From: Macrostomum lignano
Taxonomy: Eukaryota
Assembly (NCBI GenBank): GCA_002269645.1
Contig: NIVC01004683.1
Coordinates: 1-38,244, forward strand
Direction: 5' to 3'
DNA: 38,244 nt
The notes below the pieces were generated by a model. It was not told the origin of the DNA and searched no databases. It was given only the letters and a program-made list of their open reading frames with translations. Numbering within the stretch: the first letter of the stretch is position 1; each line of letters opens with the position of its first letter. Below are positions 21,739 to 32,852 of this stretch, in pieces. Made by a program: the position numbers and the translations under genes.

Positions 21739-22350
21739 TGATCCAGAACAAATACTATAAATAGCTGAGAATCCAGAACAGACTATAAATAGCTGAGGAT
21801 CCAGAACAAAGACTATAAATAGCTGAGGATCCAGAACAAAGACTATAAATAGCTGAGGATCCAGAACAAAGACTATAAAAAGCTGAGAATCCAGACCAGA
21901 CTATAAATAGCTGAGGATCCAGAACAAAGACTACGAGTATAAATAGCTGAGAATCCAGAACAGACTATAAATAGCTGAGGATCCAGAACAAAGACTATAA
22001 ATAGCTGAAGATCCAGAACAAAGACTATAAAAAGCTGAGAATCCAGACCAGACTATAAATAGCTGAGGATCCAGAACAAAGACTACGAGTATAAATAGCT
22101 GAGAATCCAGAACAGACTTTAAATAGCTGAGGATCCAGAACAAAGACTATAATTAGCTGAGAATCCAGAACAAACTATAAATAGCTGAGGATCCAGAACA
22201 AAGACTTTAAATATGAATAGCTGGGGATCCAGAATAAATACTATAAATAGCTGAGCATCCAGGACAAAGGCTGTAAGTAGCCGAGGATTCAAAACATAGA
22301 CTATACATAGCTGAGGATCCAGAACAGACTATAAATATTCTAGCTGGGGA
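21739..22350. repeat. ~30-bp minisatellite, about 20 copies, downstream of HHAT
   Basis: Unit gatccagaacaaagactataaatagctgag, with 28-37-bp variants. Confidence 0.95.
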
Positions 22351-22709
22351 TTTCAGAACAAAGATTTAGTGCAGTACGTTAGCAGTTTACACAAAATTTT
22401 ACCCTGACTTGCATGTTATAATTTCATTTAGTCTAATTATATTTAAACTTTCTTCCTATCAACATATTGACTGCAACTGCATCCTGCACTGCATGTGAGC
22501 AAAATTTTCTGGTTGAAAAATTGTCTTTTGCAATTACTTCCTCGAATAAAGTACATTGTAAGCATAACTGTTTGTATGAGTATATTTAATTTCGATATAA
22601 TTCGCGTGAATGCTGGCGTGAATTTTGCTAGTTTAATGACATCGAGACACTGTAATTGACAAAATGACCATAGAAAAAAGTATTGAATTATACAAAAGCA
22701 AAGTGCTTT

Positions 22710-23668
22710 CATGACTTCTAGGGATCAGGGGTCATGACCTCATGATTCTAGGGATCAGGGGTCATGACCTCATGATTCTAGTGATCGGGGGTCATGACCT
22801 CATGATTCTTGGGATTAGGGGTCATGACCTCATGATTCTAGTGATCGGGGGTCATGACCTCATGATTCTTGGGATTAGGGGTCATGACCTCATGATTCTA
22901 GTGATCGGGGGTCATGACCTCATGATTCTAGGGATTAGGGGTCATGACCTCATGATTCTAGGGATCAGGGGTCATGACCTCATGATTTTAGGGATCAGGG
23001 GTCATGACCTCATGATTCTAGTGATCGGGGGTCATGACCTCATGATTCTAGGGATTAGGGGTCATGACCTCATGATTCTAGTGATCGGGGGTCATGATCT
23101 CATGATTCTAGGGATCGGGGGTCATAACCTCATGATTCTAGGGATCAGGGGTCATGACCTCATGATTTTAGGGATCAGGGGTCATGACTTCATGATTCTA
23201 GGGATCAGGGGTCATGACCTCATGATTCTAGTGATCGGGGGTCATGACCTCATGATTCTAAAGATTAGGGGTCATGACCTCATGATTCTAGTGATCGGGG
23301 GTCATGATCTCATGATTCTAGGGATCGGGGGTCATGATCTCATGATTCTAGTGATCAGGGGTCATGATCTCATGATTCTAGGGATCGGGGGTCATGACTT
23401 TATGATTCTAGGGATTAGGGTCATGACCTCATGATTCTAGGGATTAGGGTCATGACCTCATGATTCTAGGGATTAGGGGTCATGACCTCATGATTCTAGG
23501 GATCGGGGGTCATGACCTCATGATTCTAGGGATCGGGGGTCATGACCTCATGATTTTAGGGATTAGGGGTCATGACCTCATGATTCTAGGGATCAGGGGT
23601 CATGACCTCATGATTCTAGGGATCAGGGGTCATGACCTCATGATTCTAGGGATCAGGGGTCATGACCC
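22710..23668. repeat. 30-bp minisatellite, about 32 copies, each with a palindromic GGTCATGACC core
   Basis: Unit gggatcaggggtcatgacctcatgattcta; successive 60-nt lines show the exact 30-bp phase. Confidence 0.97.
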
Positions 23669-23726
23669 GTGGGTCCAGAGTCCACAGATCCCGAACTACA
23701 AAACAGGCAGAATGTATAATTCAGTC

Positions 23727-25514
23727 TCAAGACTTGAGCACCTTGATGAAAGCGTCGCGAGGAATTTCAACGTTGCCGACCATTCTTAGGCGTCGCTTGC
23801 CTTCACGTTGAGCGGCCAGAAGCTTCTGTCGCCTAGTCCTGTCCGTGCCGCTTTTCTGCATCAAAATAATTGCAGCAACGCGTGAAAATTCAGGCCCTCT
23901 TATCTTAGATGTCTGCTGTACCCCTCTGGGCGATTCGATTGGCTGCGGCCATGTCAGCTCTCTATTGGTTATGCCTGCAGCCTGTTTTGGCTGCCTAAAC
24001 CCCTCTAAGCAATTTGATTGGCTGCGGCCAAATCTCTATTTGGGTATGTCTGTCTTGGCTGCCCCGAACCCTTCTGAGCGATTTGATTGGCTGCGGCCAA
24101 AACTCTATTTGGGTATGTCTGTCTTGGCTGAACCCGAACCCTTCTGAGCGATTTGATTGGATGCGGCAAAAATTCTATTTGGGTATGTCTGTCTTGGCTG
24201 CACCGAACCCATCTGAGCGATTTGATTGGCTGCGGCCGATTGCTACAACAGATTTAAAAGCATTATCTGGATTTGGAACTCACAATTTTCTGCACAACAT
24301 CCTTTCTGAACGGCTTGATCTGACTGCTTGCCACCACCTTGTTGTTGCCAGCTTTAATTTGCACTTTGATTAGAAACTGCTGTCGAGGCAACTCCTCGGC
24401 CAGCTTAGTTGCCATGACAACAGCCCTCTGCCTGGCCCTATCAGCCGGGATCATCAGCGTGAGCTCGTCCACCGGTCGGTCATTCAGATGAGGCACCAGC
24501 TTCACCAGCTGGCAGCTCTGCCAGCCGGCCTCCTCGTAGTGGAAGCTGGCATAGCCGGAACTGCGAGTTTTCAGCACGTCCACCAGGTCGATGACGATCT
24601 CGCTGAGCGGCAGGCGGGCCTCCAACAGGATGCGATCGGAGTCGATGTAGGACTGGCTGAGGATGCTGCCGCGGCGCTCCTGGATTCGGGATGTGGGTCG
24701 GTGAGGATTGGAGCGAGTTGGTGAGGATTGGAGTGGGTTGGAGAGGATTGGAGCGGGCTGGAGAGGATTGGAGCGAGTTGGTGAGGATTGGAGTGGGTTG
24801 GAGAGGATTGGAGCGGGCTGGAGAGGATTGAAGCGAGTTGGTGAGGATTGGAGTGGGTTGGAGAGGATTGGAGCGGGCTGGAGAGGATTGGAGCGAGTTG
24901 GTGAGGATTGGAGTGGGTTGGAGAGGATTGGAGCGGGCTGGAGAGGATTGGAGCGAGTTGGTAAGGATTGGAGTGGGTTGGAGAAGATTGGAGCGGGCTG
25001 GAAAGGATTCGAACGAGTTGGAGGATTGGAGCGAGTTGGAGAGGATTGGAGCGGGCTGGAGAGGATTCGAGTGCATCGCAGCACATGTGCAGCTGGTAGC
25101 CAGCGCACTCACTAGCATGAGCTGAGCTACAGCATCCAGATACTTGGCCGGGGTGATGACGGTCGCCCTACACAGCGGCTCAAAGTGCTCGGCCACCTCC
25201 GAGTCTGGCGGCATCACGGACGGGCTGGTGACGTCAACAATGCTGCCAGAGTGCAGCTGCACTCGGTAGGGAATCGAGGGCGCGGTCAGGATGACGTCAG
25301 CGTTGTACTCCAACTCCAGGCGCTGCCGGAAGACGTCCATGTGCAGCAGGCCGAGGAAGCCAAGCCGCCAGCCGCGCCCCAAAGCCGGATTCGAGTCCGG
25401 GGCCACCGACACGGATGCGTCGTTAAGGGTGAGCTTGGACAGGGACGCCTCGAGGCTGTCGATGTCCTCTTGGGACACGGGGAACAGGCCGCAGAACACC
25501 ATGGGATGGGCCGG
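23727..25514 (-). CDS. GUF1: Mitochondrial translation factor GUF1 (LepA/EF-4), last three exons (C-terminal 308 aa); 5' half not in window
   Basis: Exons 25514-25113, 24679-24284, 23855-23727, all phase 0 with gtgagt donors and cag acceptors. Motifs: [116 protein letters not shown]. Confidence 0.93.
23930..24240. repeat. ~69-70-bp tandem repeat, 5 copies, in the last GUF1 intron
   Basis: gattgg(c/a)tgcgg at 23937, 24016, 24085, 24155 and 24224. Confidence 0.9.
24700..25070. repeat. 20-bp minisatellite organised as a 60-bp trimer, GUF1 intron 24680-25112
   Basis: Lines at 24721, 24781, 24841 and 24901 are near-identical: gtgaggattggagtgggttggagaggattggagcgggctggagaggattggagcgagttg. Confidence 0.95.
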
Positions 25515-25579
25515 CTGGGGAAGGGGGGGGGTCAATTAGGTTGGGAGGTAGGTATCCGGGCATGAAAAAAACTAGGACT

Positions 25580-26755
25580 ACCCGGAAATCCACCTCTAGT
25601 TCCTGAAGATCCGCCCCTAGATTTCTACCAAATCCGCCCCTAGATTCCCTGAAAATCCGCCCCTAGATTCCCCGAAAATCCGCACCTAGTTTCCTTAAAA
25701 ATCCGCCCCTAGATTCCCCGAAAATCCGCGCCTAGTTTCCTTGAAAATCCGCCCCTAGATTCCCTGAAAATCCGCCCCTAGATTCCCCGAAAATCCGCGC
25801 CTAGTTTCCTTGAAAATCCGCCCCTAGATTCCCTGAAAATCCGCTCCTAGATTCCCCGAAAATCCGCCCCTAGATTACCGGAAAATCCGCCCCTAGATCA
25901 CCCTAAAATCGCCCCTAGATTCCCCGAAAATCCGCGCCTAGTTTCCTTGAAAATCCGCCCCTAGATTCCCTGAAAATCCGCCCCTAGATTCCCCGAAAAT
26001 CCGCCCCTAGATTCCCCGAAAATCCGCCCCTAGATTCCCCGAAAATCCGCCCCTAGATTCCCCGAAAATCCGCCCTAGGTTTCCCTAAAATCCACCACGA
26101 GATTCTCCGAAAATCCGCCCCTAGATTCCCCGAAAATCCGCCCCTAGATTCCCCGAAAATCCGCCCCTAGATTCCCCGAAAATCCGCCCCTAGATTCCCC
26201 GAAAATCTGCCCCTAGATTCCCCGAAAATCCGCCCCTAGATTCCCCGAAAATCTGCCCCTAGATTCCCCGAAAATCTGCCCCTAGATTCCCTGAAAATCC
26301 GCTCCTAGATTCCCGAAAATCCGCCCCTAGATTCCCCGAAAATCCGCCCCTAGATTCCCCGAAAATCCGCCCCTAGATTCCCCGAAAATCTGCCCCTAGA
26401 TTCCCCGAAAATCTGCCCCTAGATTCCCTGAAAATCCGCTCCTAGATTCCCGAAAATCCGCCCCTAGATTCCCCGAAAATCTGCCCCTAGATTCCCCGAA
26501 AATCTGCCCCTAGATTCCCCGAAAATCTGCCCCTAGATTCCCCGAAAATCTGCCCCTAGATTCCCTGAAAATCCGCTCCTAGATTCCCGAAAATCCGTCT
26601 TTAGATTCCCGAAAATCCGCCCCTAGATTCCCTGAAAATCCGTCCCTAGATTCCCGAAAATCCGCCCCTAGATTCCCCGAAAATCTGCCCCTAGATTCCC
26701 CGAAAATCTGCCTCTAGATTCCCCGAAAATCTGCCCCTAGATTCCCTGAAAATCC
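25580..26755. repeat. 22-23-bp minisatellite, about 50 copies, in the upstream GUF1 intron
   Basis: Unit gaaaatccgcccctagattcccc. Confidence 0.96.
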
Positions 26756-26761
26756 TCTCTA

Positions 26762-29504
26762 TCTATATACTAAAGCTGACGTCGTGGTCCGGTGGTAGGG
26801 TGGGCCGGTGGGCCGGGTTTGTCGACGATCTCCTCCTAGGATTCTTGCAACTCAACTTTCAAACCGGTACCAAAACATGTCAAATGTCCCGACGATGCTA
26901 CAATTTAAAATTCATTTTCAAATTTCAATTTTAAGTGCTTCAAAAAAGCAGAAAACAGCACAAACCAGACAGCCAGACCAGATGTCTATATATCGCATTC
27001 CATGGACTTCCCACTTGACGCTATTTTGTATGGTTGCGCCACAACTTTTCTCCTATCTCTGCAGTGTATTTCATTTCAGCTGGGGGAGGGTCGCCGGCAC
27101 TTGAGAATTGGCGGCCTACTTGCTCAGTGTTAAAAAGGGGTGGAGGTGCACACTGCGCGAGAATGGATGGCTTGATTTTTTAACTCATCACAGAGTGTAC
27201 ATTGCGCTCTGCAAGTAAGAAACGGGAAAACTTGCACCTTAATTTCTGCTTTAAGGTTGGGAAGATTGGAAATTATCCGAGGTCGGCTATAGGCTATTTT
27301 AATTCTGAAATTTTAATTTCTAAGATCCTCAAAAAAGCAGAAAACTGCCTTTTTGACCCCCAATAACCTTCTTTTGCTACTCTGCCTGGGGCTTCAGCCA
27401 GTTTGTAAAAATAGCCACCCCAACCTCCGCCCGCGGGCCGCTGTGTATTGAGGGGTGGTGGGTGCGCGTGTTCTGCGTTCAATGCAAATAAAACCCCGCG
27501 AGTTGAGGGGTTGAGTTAAATTTAATGATTCCCCGGAACGGGGGGTTGGGCTTGGGCTGAGTGTACATAGCTGTTGTAAACAGATAGAACTGTGCCGAGA
27601 TTCAATTGGTTTTATTATCGGCCCTGTGTATTAGCTGGGCAGTGAATTTCAATGAATAAACTTGCGAGCTTCTCTAGCAAGCAGTTGGGAAATCGGTAAA
27701 TTTCAAACGCTAACTGTTCCTCGAGTTTTAAACTTTGAGAAGAGAAACTTATATTGCTGGAAAGATCTTGCAACGCTGAGTTCGGGGATATAAGTTGTTT
27801 GCTTTAAATATGAAAAGAAAAAGCACAGCATTTGAAAAACTATTTCCTTACTTTTAACTTTCTGCAAAGATTGTACTCAGTTTTGCGAGACGTAATAGAT
27901 AAAGTTGGGGGGAGGGTTCAACTTCTCACTGCTGCTGTGTATTGGAGGGTTGATTTAGATTGCGCAATGTTTTTGTTAACTTTAACTGAGACTGGTACTG
28001 ACTGACTGTGAAATCGGTTGCGCAATGAATTGATTCAATTAGTTCAATATTCTTATCAGTGCCTTTTAACACAAACCTGTGCGTAGTTCTAACCCTAACC
28101 CTAACCCTAACCCTAACCAATGAATCCGGAGTTGAGTTGTTTGACGGAAAAAATTCGATTGAGTCCAGTTTAGCGGAGACGATTTCAATGTTTTAATTTT
28201 GACGGAGAGAATTTCTGTTTCGTGGAGATAATTTATGATTGATTTCTGTTTTATGGAGACCATTTTGATGGATTTAAGTTTCAAGGAGAGGATTTCGAAG
28301 GAGTCCAGTTTCACGGAGAGGATTTCGATGGTTTTCAGTTGCACGGACAGGATTTCTGCTTCGCGCGGAGAGGATCTTGATGGATTTGGCATCTTCAATC
28401 AGTTAGAGAAGAGAGTAAAGAGAAGAATGAAAAGAGAAGAGAGATGAGATGATAGAAAACAGAGTAGAAATGAGTGGAGAGATTAGACATGACAGATGGG
28501 AGAAAAAAGGGGAGTAAGGCGGGAACGAAGGAGAGAGAAGAGAAGAGGAGAGAGGAGATGAGAGGGGAGATATGAGATAGCAAAGGGATACAAGAGAGAT
28601 AATAGGAGAGAGAATAGATGAGGGATAAGAGCGTACAGAGGAAATAGAAGAGAGGGAAGAGTAGAGGAGAAAGAAAGAGTGAGATGAGGGATGAGGGATG
28701 AGAGAGCAGGGGAGAGAGGAGAGAGAAGAGAGGAGAAAAGAGGGGAGAAAGGAGAGAGAAGCGAAAGGAGAAGAGAGAGAGGAGAGAGGAGAGAGATGAA
28801 AGATCATAGATGAGAGAGTTAAGAGAGGAAAGTAGTGCGGAGAGGAGAGATGAGAGATGCGATGAGAAGAGATGCGTGAGAACATAAGAGAGAAGAGATT
28901 AGAGATTAGAGATTAGAGAAGAGAGGGGAGAAGATGAAAGGAGCAAGGAGAGGAGAAAAGAGAGAATGGAGAGGATAGAAAAGAGAGAAGAGAAGAGACA
29001 GGGGATAGTGGAAAGAAGGAAAGAAAGATGGGAGACAAGAAAGTAGAGTGTGAGAGCGTATTTGAGATATGAGAAATGAGAGCTGAGAGAAGAGAAAAGA
29101 GAAGAGAGAGAGAGGGTTAAGAGAGACGATAGATAAGTGAGTAGAGATGATATATGAGAGAGAAGAGAAGAGGGAGAGATAAGAGAGAAGAGAGGAGACA
29201 GGAGACAGGAGAGGGTACAGACGAAAGACGAGGGAGAAGAGATAAATAAGGGAGTAGGGGTAGAGATAAGATGAGAGAGAGGAGAGAGAAGAGAGTCACG
29301 ATAATAGCGAAGAGAGTAGAGAGGAGATATGATAGACGTGAGAGTCTTTGAGCTATGGTCTTTTAAAGGTTTTGTAAAGAATTTGGAGACGATTTGGAAG
29401 ATAGGGTTCAAGGCATGGAATTTCAGTTGATGGATATTTCAGGAAATGGAATTCCGGTGATGGGAGTTCTTCCCCTTTCTCCTCCGAAGGAGGAGTTCCA
29501 CTCG
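26762..29504 (+). mobile_element. 2.74-kb non-autonomous Helitron-like element, copy 1 of a head-to-tail pair
   Basis: 5' A|TCTATATACTAAAG. 3' perfect hairpin CTCCTCC-GAA-GGAGGAG (29479-29495), then TTCCA-CTCG|T, a variant of the CTRR end. No Rep/helicase ORF. Repeated at offset 2741-2742. Confidence 0.6.
28089..28118. repeat. Interstitial telomere-like (CTAACC)5, i.e. TTAGGG repeat, inside element copy 1
   Basis: ctaaccctaaccctaaccctaaccctaacc; duplicated at 30830-30859. Confidence 0.85.
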
Positions 29505-32246
29505 TATATACTAAAGCTGACGTCGTGGTCCGGTGGTAGGGTGGGCCGGTGGGCCGGGTTTGTCGACGATCTCCTCCTAGGATTCTTGCAACTCAACTTT
29601 CAAACCGGTACCAAAACATGTCAAATGTCCCGACGATGCTACAATTTAAAATTCATTTTCAAATTTCAATTTTAAGTGCTTCAAAAAAGCAGAAAACAGC
29701 ACAAACCAGACAGCCAGACCAGATGTCTATATATCGCATTCCATGGACTTCCCACTTGACGCTATTTTGTATGGTTGCGCCACAACTTTTCTCCTATCTC
29801 TGCAGTGTATTTCATTTCAGCTGGGGAGGGTCGCCGGCACTTGAGAATTGGCGGCCTACTTGCTCAGTGTTAAAAAGGGGTGGAGGTGCACACTGCGCGA
29901 GAATGGATGGCTTGATTTTTTAACTCATCACAGAGTGTACATTGCGCTCTGCAAGTAAGAAACGGGAAAACTTGCACCTTAATTTCTGCTTTAAGGTTGG
30001 GAAGATTGGAAATTATCCGAGGTCGGCTATAGGCTATTTTAATTCTGAAATTTTAATTTCTAAGATCCTCAAAAAAAGCAGAAAACTGCCTTTTTGACCC
30101 CCAATAACCTTCTTTTGCTACTCTGCCTGGGGCTTCAGCCAGTTTGTAAAAATAGCCACCCCAACCTCCGCCCGCGGCCGCTGTGTATTGAGGGGTGGTG
30201 GGTGCGCGTGTTCTGCGTTCAATGCAAATAAAACCCCCGCGAGTTGAGGGGTTGAGTTAAATTTAATGATTCCCCGGAACGGGGGGTTGGGCTTGGGCTG
30301 AGTGTACATAGCTGTTGTAAACAGATAGAACTGTGCCGAGATTCAATTGGTTTTATTATCGGCCCTGTGTATTAGCTGGGCAGTGAATTTCAATGAATAA
30401 ACTTGCGAGCTTCTCTAGCAAGCAGTTGGGAAATCGGTAAATTTCAAACGCTAACTGTTCCTCGAGTTTTAAACTTTGAGAAGAGAAACTTATATTGCTG
30501 GAAAGATCTTGCAACGCTGAGTTCGGGGATATAAGTTGTTTGCTTTAAATATGAAAAGAAAAAGCACAGCATTTGAAAAACTATTTCCTTACTTTTAACT
30601 TTCTGCAAAGATTGTACTCAGTTTTGCGAGACGTAATAGATAAAGTTGGGGGGAGGGTTCAACTTCTCACTGCTGCTGTGTATTGGAGGGTTGATTTAGA
30701 TTGCGCAATGTTTTTGTTAACTTTAACTGAGACTGGTACTGACTGACTGTGAAATCGGTTGCGCAATGAATTGATTCAATTAGTTCAATATTCTTATCAG
30801 TGCCTTTTAACACAAACCTGTGCGTAGTTCTAACCCTAACCCTAACCCTAACCCTAACCAATGAATCCGGAGTTGAGTTGTTTGACGGAAAAAATTCGAT
30901 TGAGTCCAGTTTAGCGGAGACGATTTCAATGTTTTAATTTTGACGGAGAGAATTTCTGTTTCGTGGAGATAATTTATGATTGATTTCTGTTTTATGGAGA
31001 CCATTTTGATGGATTTAAGTTTCAAGGAGAGGATTTCGAAGGAGTCCAGTTTCACGGAGAGGATTTCGATGGTTTTCAGTTGCACGGACAGGATTTCTGC
31101 TTCGCGCGGAGAGGATCTTGATGGATTTGGCATCTTCAATCAGTTAGAGAAGAGAGTAAAGAGAAGAATGAAAAGAGAAGAGAGATGAGATGATAGAAAA
31201 CAGAGTAGAAATGAGTGGAGAGATTAGACATGACAGATGGGAGAAAAAAGGGGAGTAAGGCGGGAACGAAGGAGAGAGAAGAGAAGAGGAGAGAGGAGAT
31301 GAGAGGGGAGATATGAGATAGCAAAGGGATACAAGAGAGATAATAGGAGAGAGAATAGATGAGGGATAAGAGCGTACAGAGGAAATAGAAGAGAGGGAAG
31401 AGTAGAGGAGAAAGAAAGAGTGAGATGAGGGGATGAGGGATGAGAGAGCAGGGGAGAGAGGAGAGAGAAGAGAGGAGAAAAGAGGGGAGAAAGGAGAGAG
31501 AAGCGAAAGGAGAAGAGAGAGAGGAGAGAGGAGAGAGATGAAAGATCATAGATGAGAGAGTTAAGAGAGGAAAGTAGTGCGGAGAGGAGAGATGAGAGAT
31601 GCGATGAGAAGAGATGCGTGAGAACATAAGAGAGAAGAGATTAGAGATTAGAGATTAGAGAAGAGAGGGGAGAAGATGAAAGGAGCAAGGAGAGGAGAAA
31701 AGAGAGAATGGAGAGGATAGAAAAGAGAGAAGAGAAGAGACAGGGGATAGTGGAAAGAAGGAAAGAAAGATGGGAGACAAGAAAGTAGAGTGTGAGAGCG
31801 TATTTGAGATATGAGAAATGAGAGCTGAGAGAAGAGAAAAGAGAAGAGAGAGAGAGGGTTAAGAGAGACGATAGATAAGTGAGTAGAGATGATATATGAG
31901 AGAGAAGAGAAGAGGGAGAGATAAGAGAGAAGAGAGGAGACAGGAGACAGGAGAGGGTACAGACGAAAGACGAGGGAGAAGAGATAAATAAGGGAGTAGG
32001 GGTAGAGATAAGATGAGAGAGAGGAGAGAGAAGAGAGTCACGATAATAGCGAAGAGAGTAGAGAGGAGATATGATAGACGTGAGAGTCTTTGAGCTATGG
32101 TCTTTTAAAGGTTTTGTAAAGAATTTGGAGACGATTTGGAAGATAGGGTTCAAGGCATGGAATTTCAGTTGATGGATATTTCAGGAAATGGAATTCCGGT
32201 GATGGGAGTTCTTCCCCTTTCTCCTCCGAAGGAGGAGTTCCACTCG
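29505..32246 (+). mobile_element. 2.74-kb non-autonomous Helitron-like element, copy 2 (direct tandem duplicate)
   Basis: Near-identical to 26764-29504; the differences I saw are 1-nt indels, mostly in homopolymers. Same terminal hairpin at 32221-32237, followed by TTCCACTCG|T. Confidence 0.6.
30830..30859. repeat. Interstitial telomere-like (CTAACC)5 inside element copy 2
   Basis: Duplicate of 28089-28118. Confidence 0.85.
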
Positions 32247-32852
32247 TATATACTAAAAATGAAAATCTTGCTTGCTTGTAATCGATTAGAGAAAAAATGG
32301 CTTAACCGATTTTTATGAGACTTGCACTGTTCGATCAGAAATTTTCCCGTGACGGTACATGCATCGTGGCTAAGAAATTGCTCGATGCTAAAGGCATTAA
32401 ATATTCGAAAAACATGCTTTTTTGCAAAGGTCAAGCAAACTTTTCGACTTGAAATGCATTGTAAGAATGCTAGAGAAAAAACTGACTGGTTGAATTCTGA
32501 TTCTGAAATAGATTGCATCATAACTGAATTGTAACTCCGACTTGAATTGAAAATGCAGTGTGGAAGCGTAGCACAGACTTGATTTAAATTGCGTAACCAT
32601 AATTGTTAACTGATACTGACTGACTGAGAAACTGATTATGTCATAACTGCTTCGTGTGATTTACTCTATGCTTGGATTTTAAAGTGTTGAATTATATAAG
32701 TGCAAAATTTGATGTTATCAAAACGATGAGAGCTAGCCTAGAGGTGAACAAACTGAACTGCTAAATGCAGCGACGGTGGTTCGAATTTTCATAGAGTATA
32801 ATTTTTTTAATTAAAGCTTTTCAACGTCCGGAAAACTAAAAGACTTTTTAAA
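32247..32852 (+). mobile_element. 5' part of a different Helitron/HINE-like element abutting copy 2
   Basis: Starts with the same TATATACTAAA and then diverges. Contains cttgcttgcttg and aaaaatggcttaaccgatttttatgagacttg, which from recollection resembles the 'aaaacggctgaaccgattttgatgaaa' block of invertebrate non-autonomous Helitrons. No 3' end seen. Confidence 0.4.

Noticed and set aside
22742-23789. ORFs of MILGIRGHDL repeats resembling a repeat protein
   Set aside because: A 30-bp unit gives a 10-aa period automatically; the frame breaks at 1-nt deletions near 23420-23450.
24407-24421. RFX X-box-like motif GTTGCCATGACAAC (near-match also at 8470-8483)
   Set aside because: It lies in GUF1 coding sequence (V-V-M-A-T) and, for the second, over a putative start codon; there is no independent regulatory evidence.
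24680-25112. Read-through of the GUF1 intron as a repetitive protein insert
   Set aside because: The intron is 433 nt (not a multiple of 3) and has canonical splice sites; retention shifts the frame.
28089-28118. Chromosome end or healed telomere
   Set aside because: Only five units, internal to a duplicated element.
28395-29411. Ser/Leu-rich 'membrane protein' ORFs (duplicated at 31136-32153)
   Set aside because: They are minus-strand translations of the GA-rich low-complexity tract.
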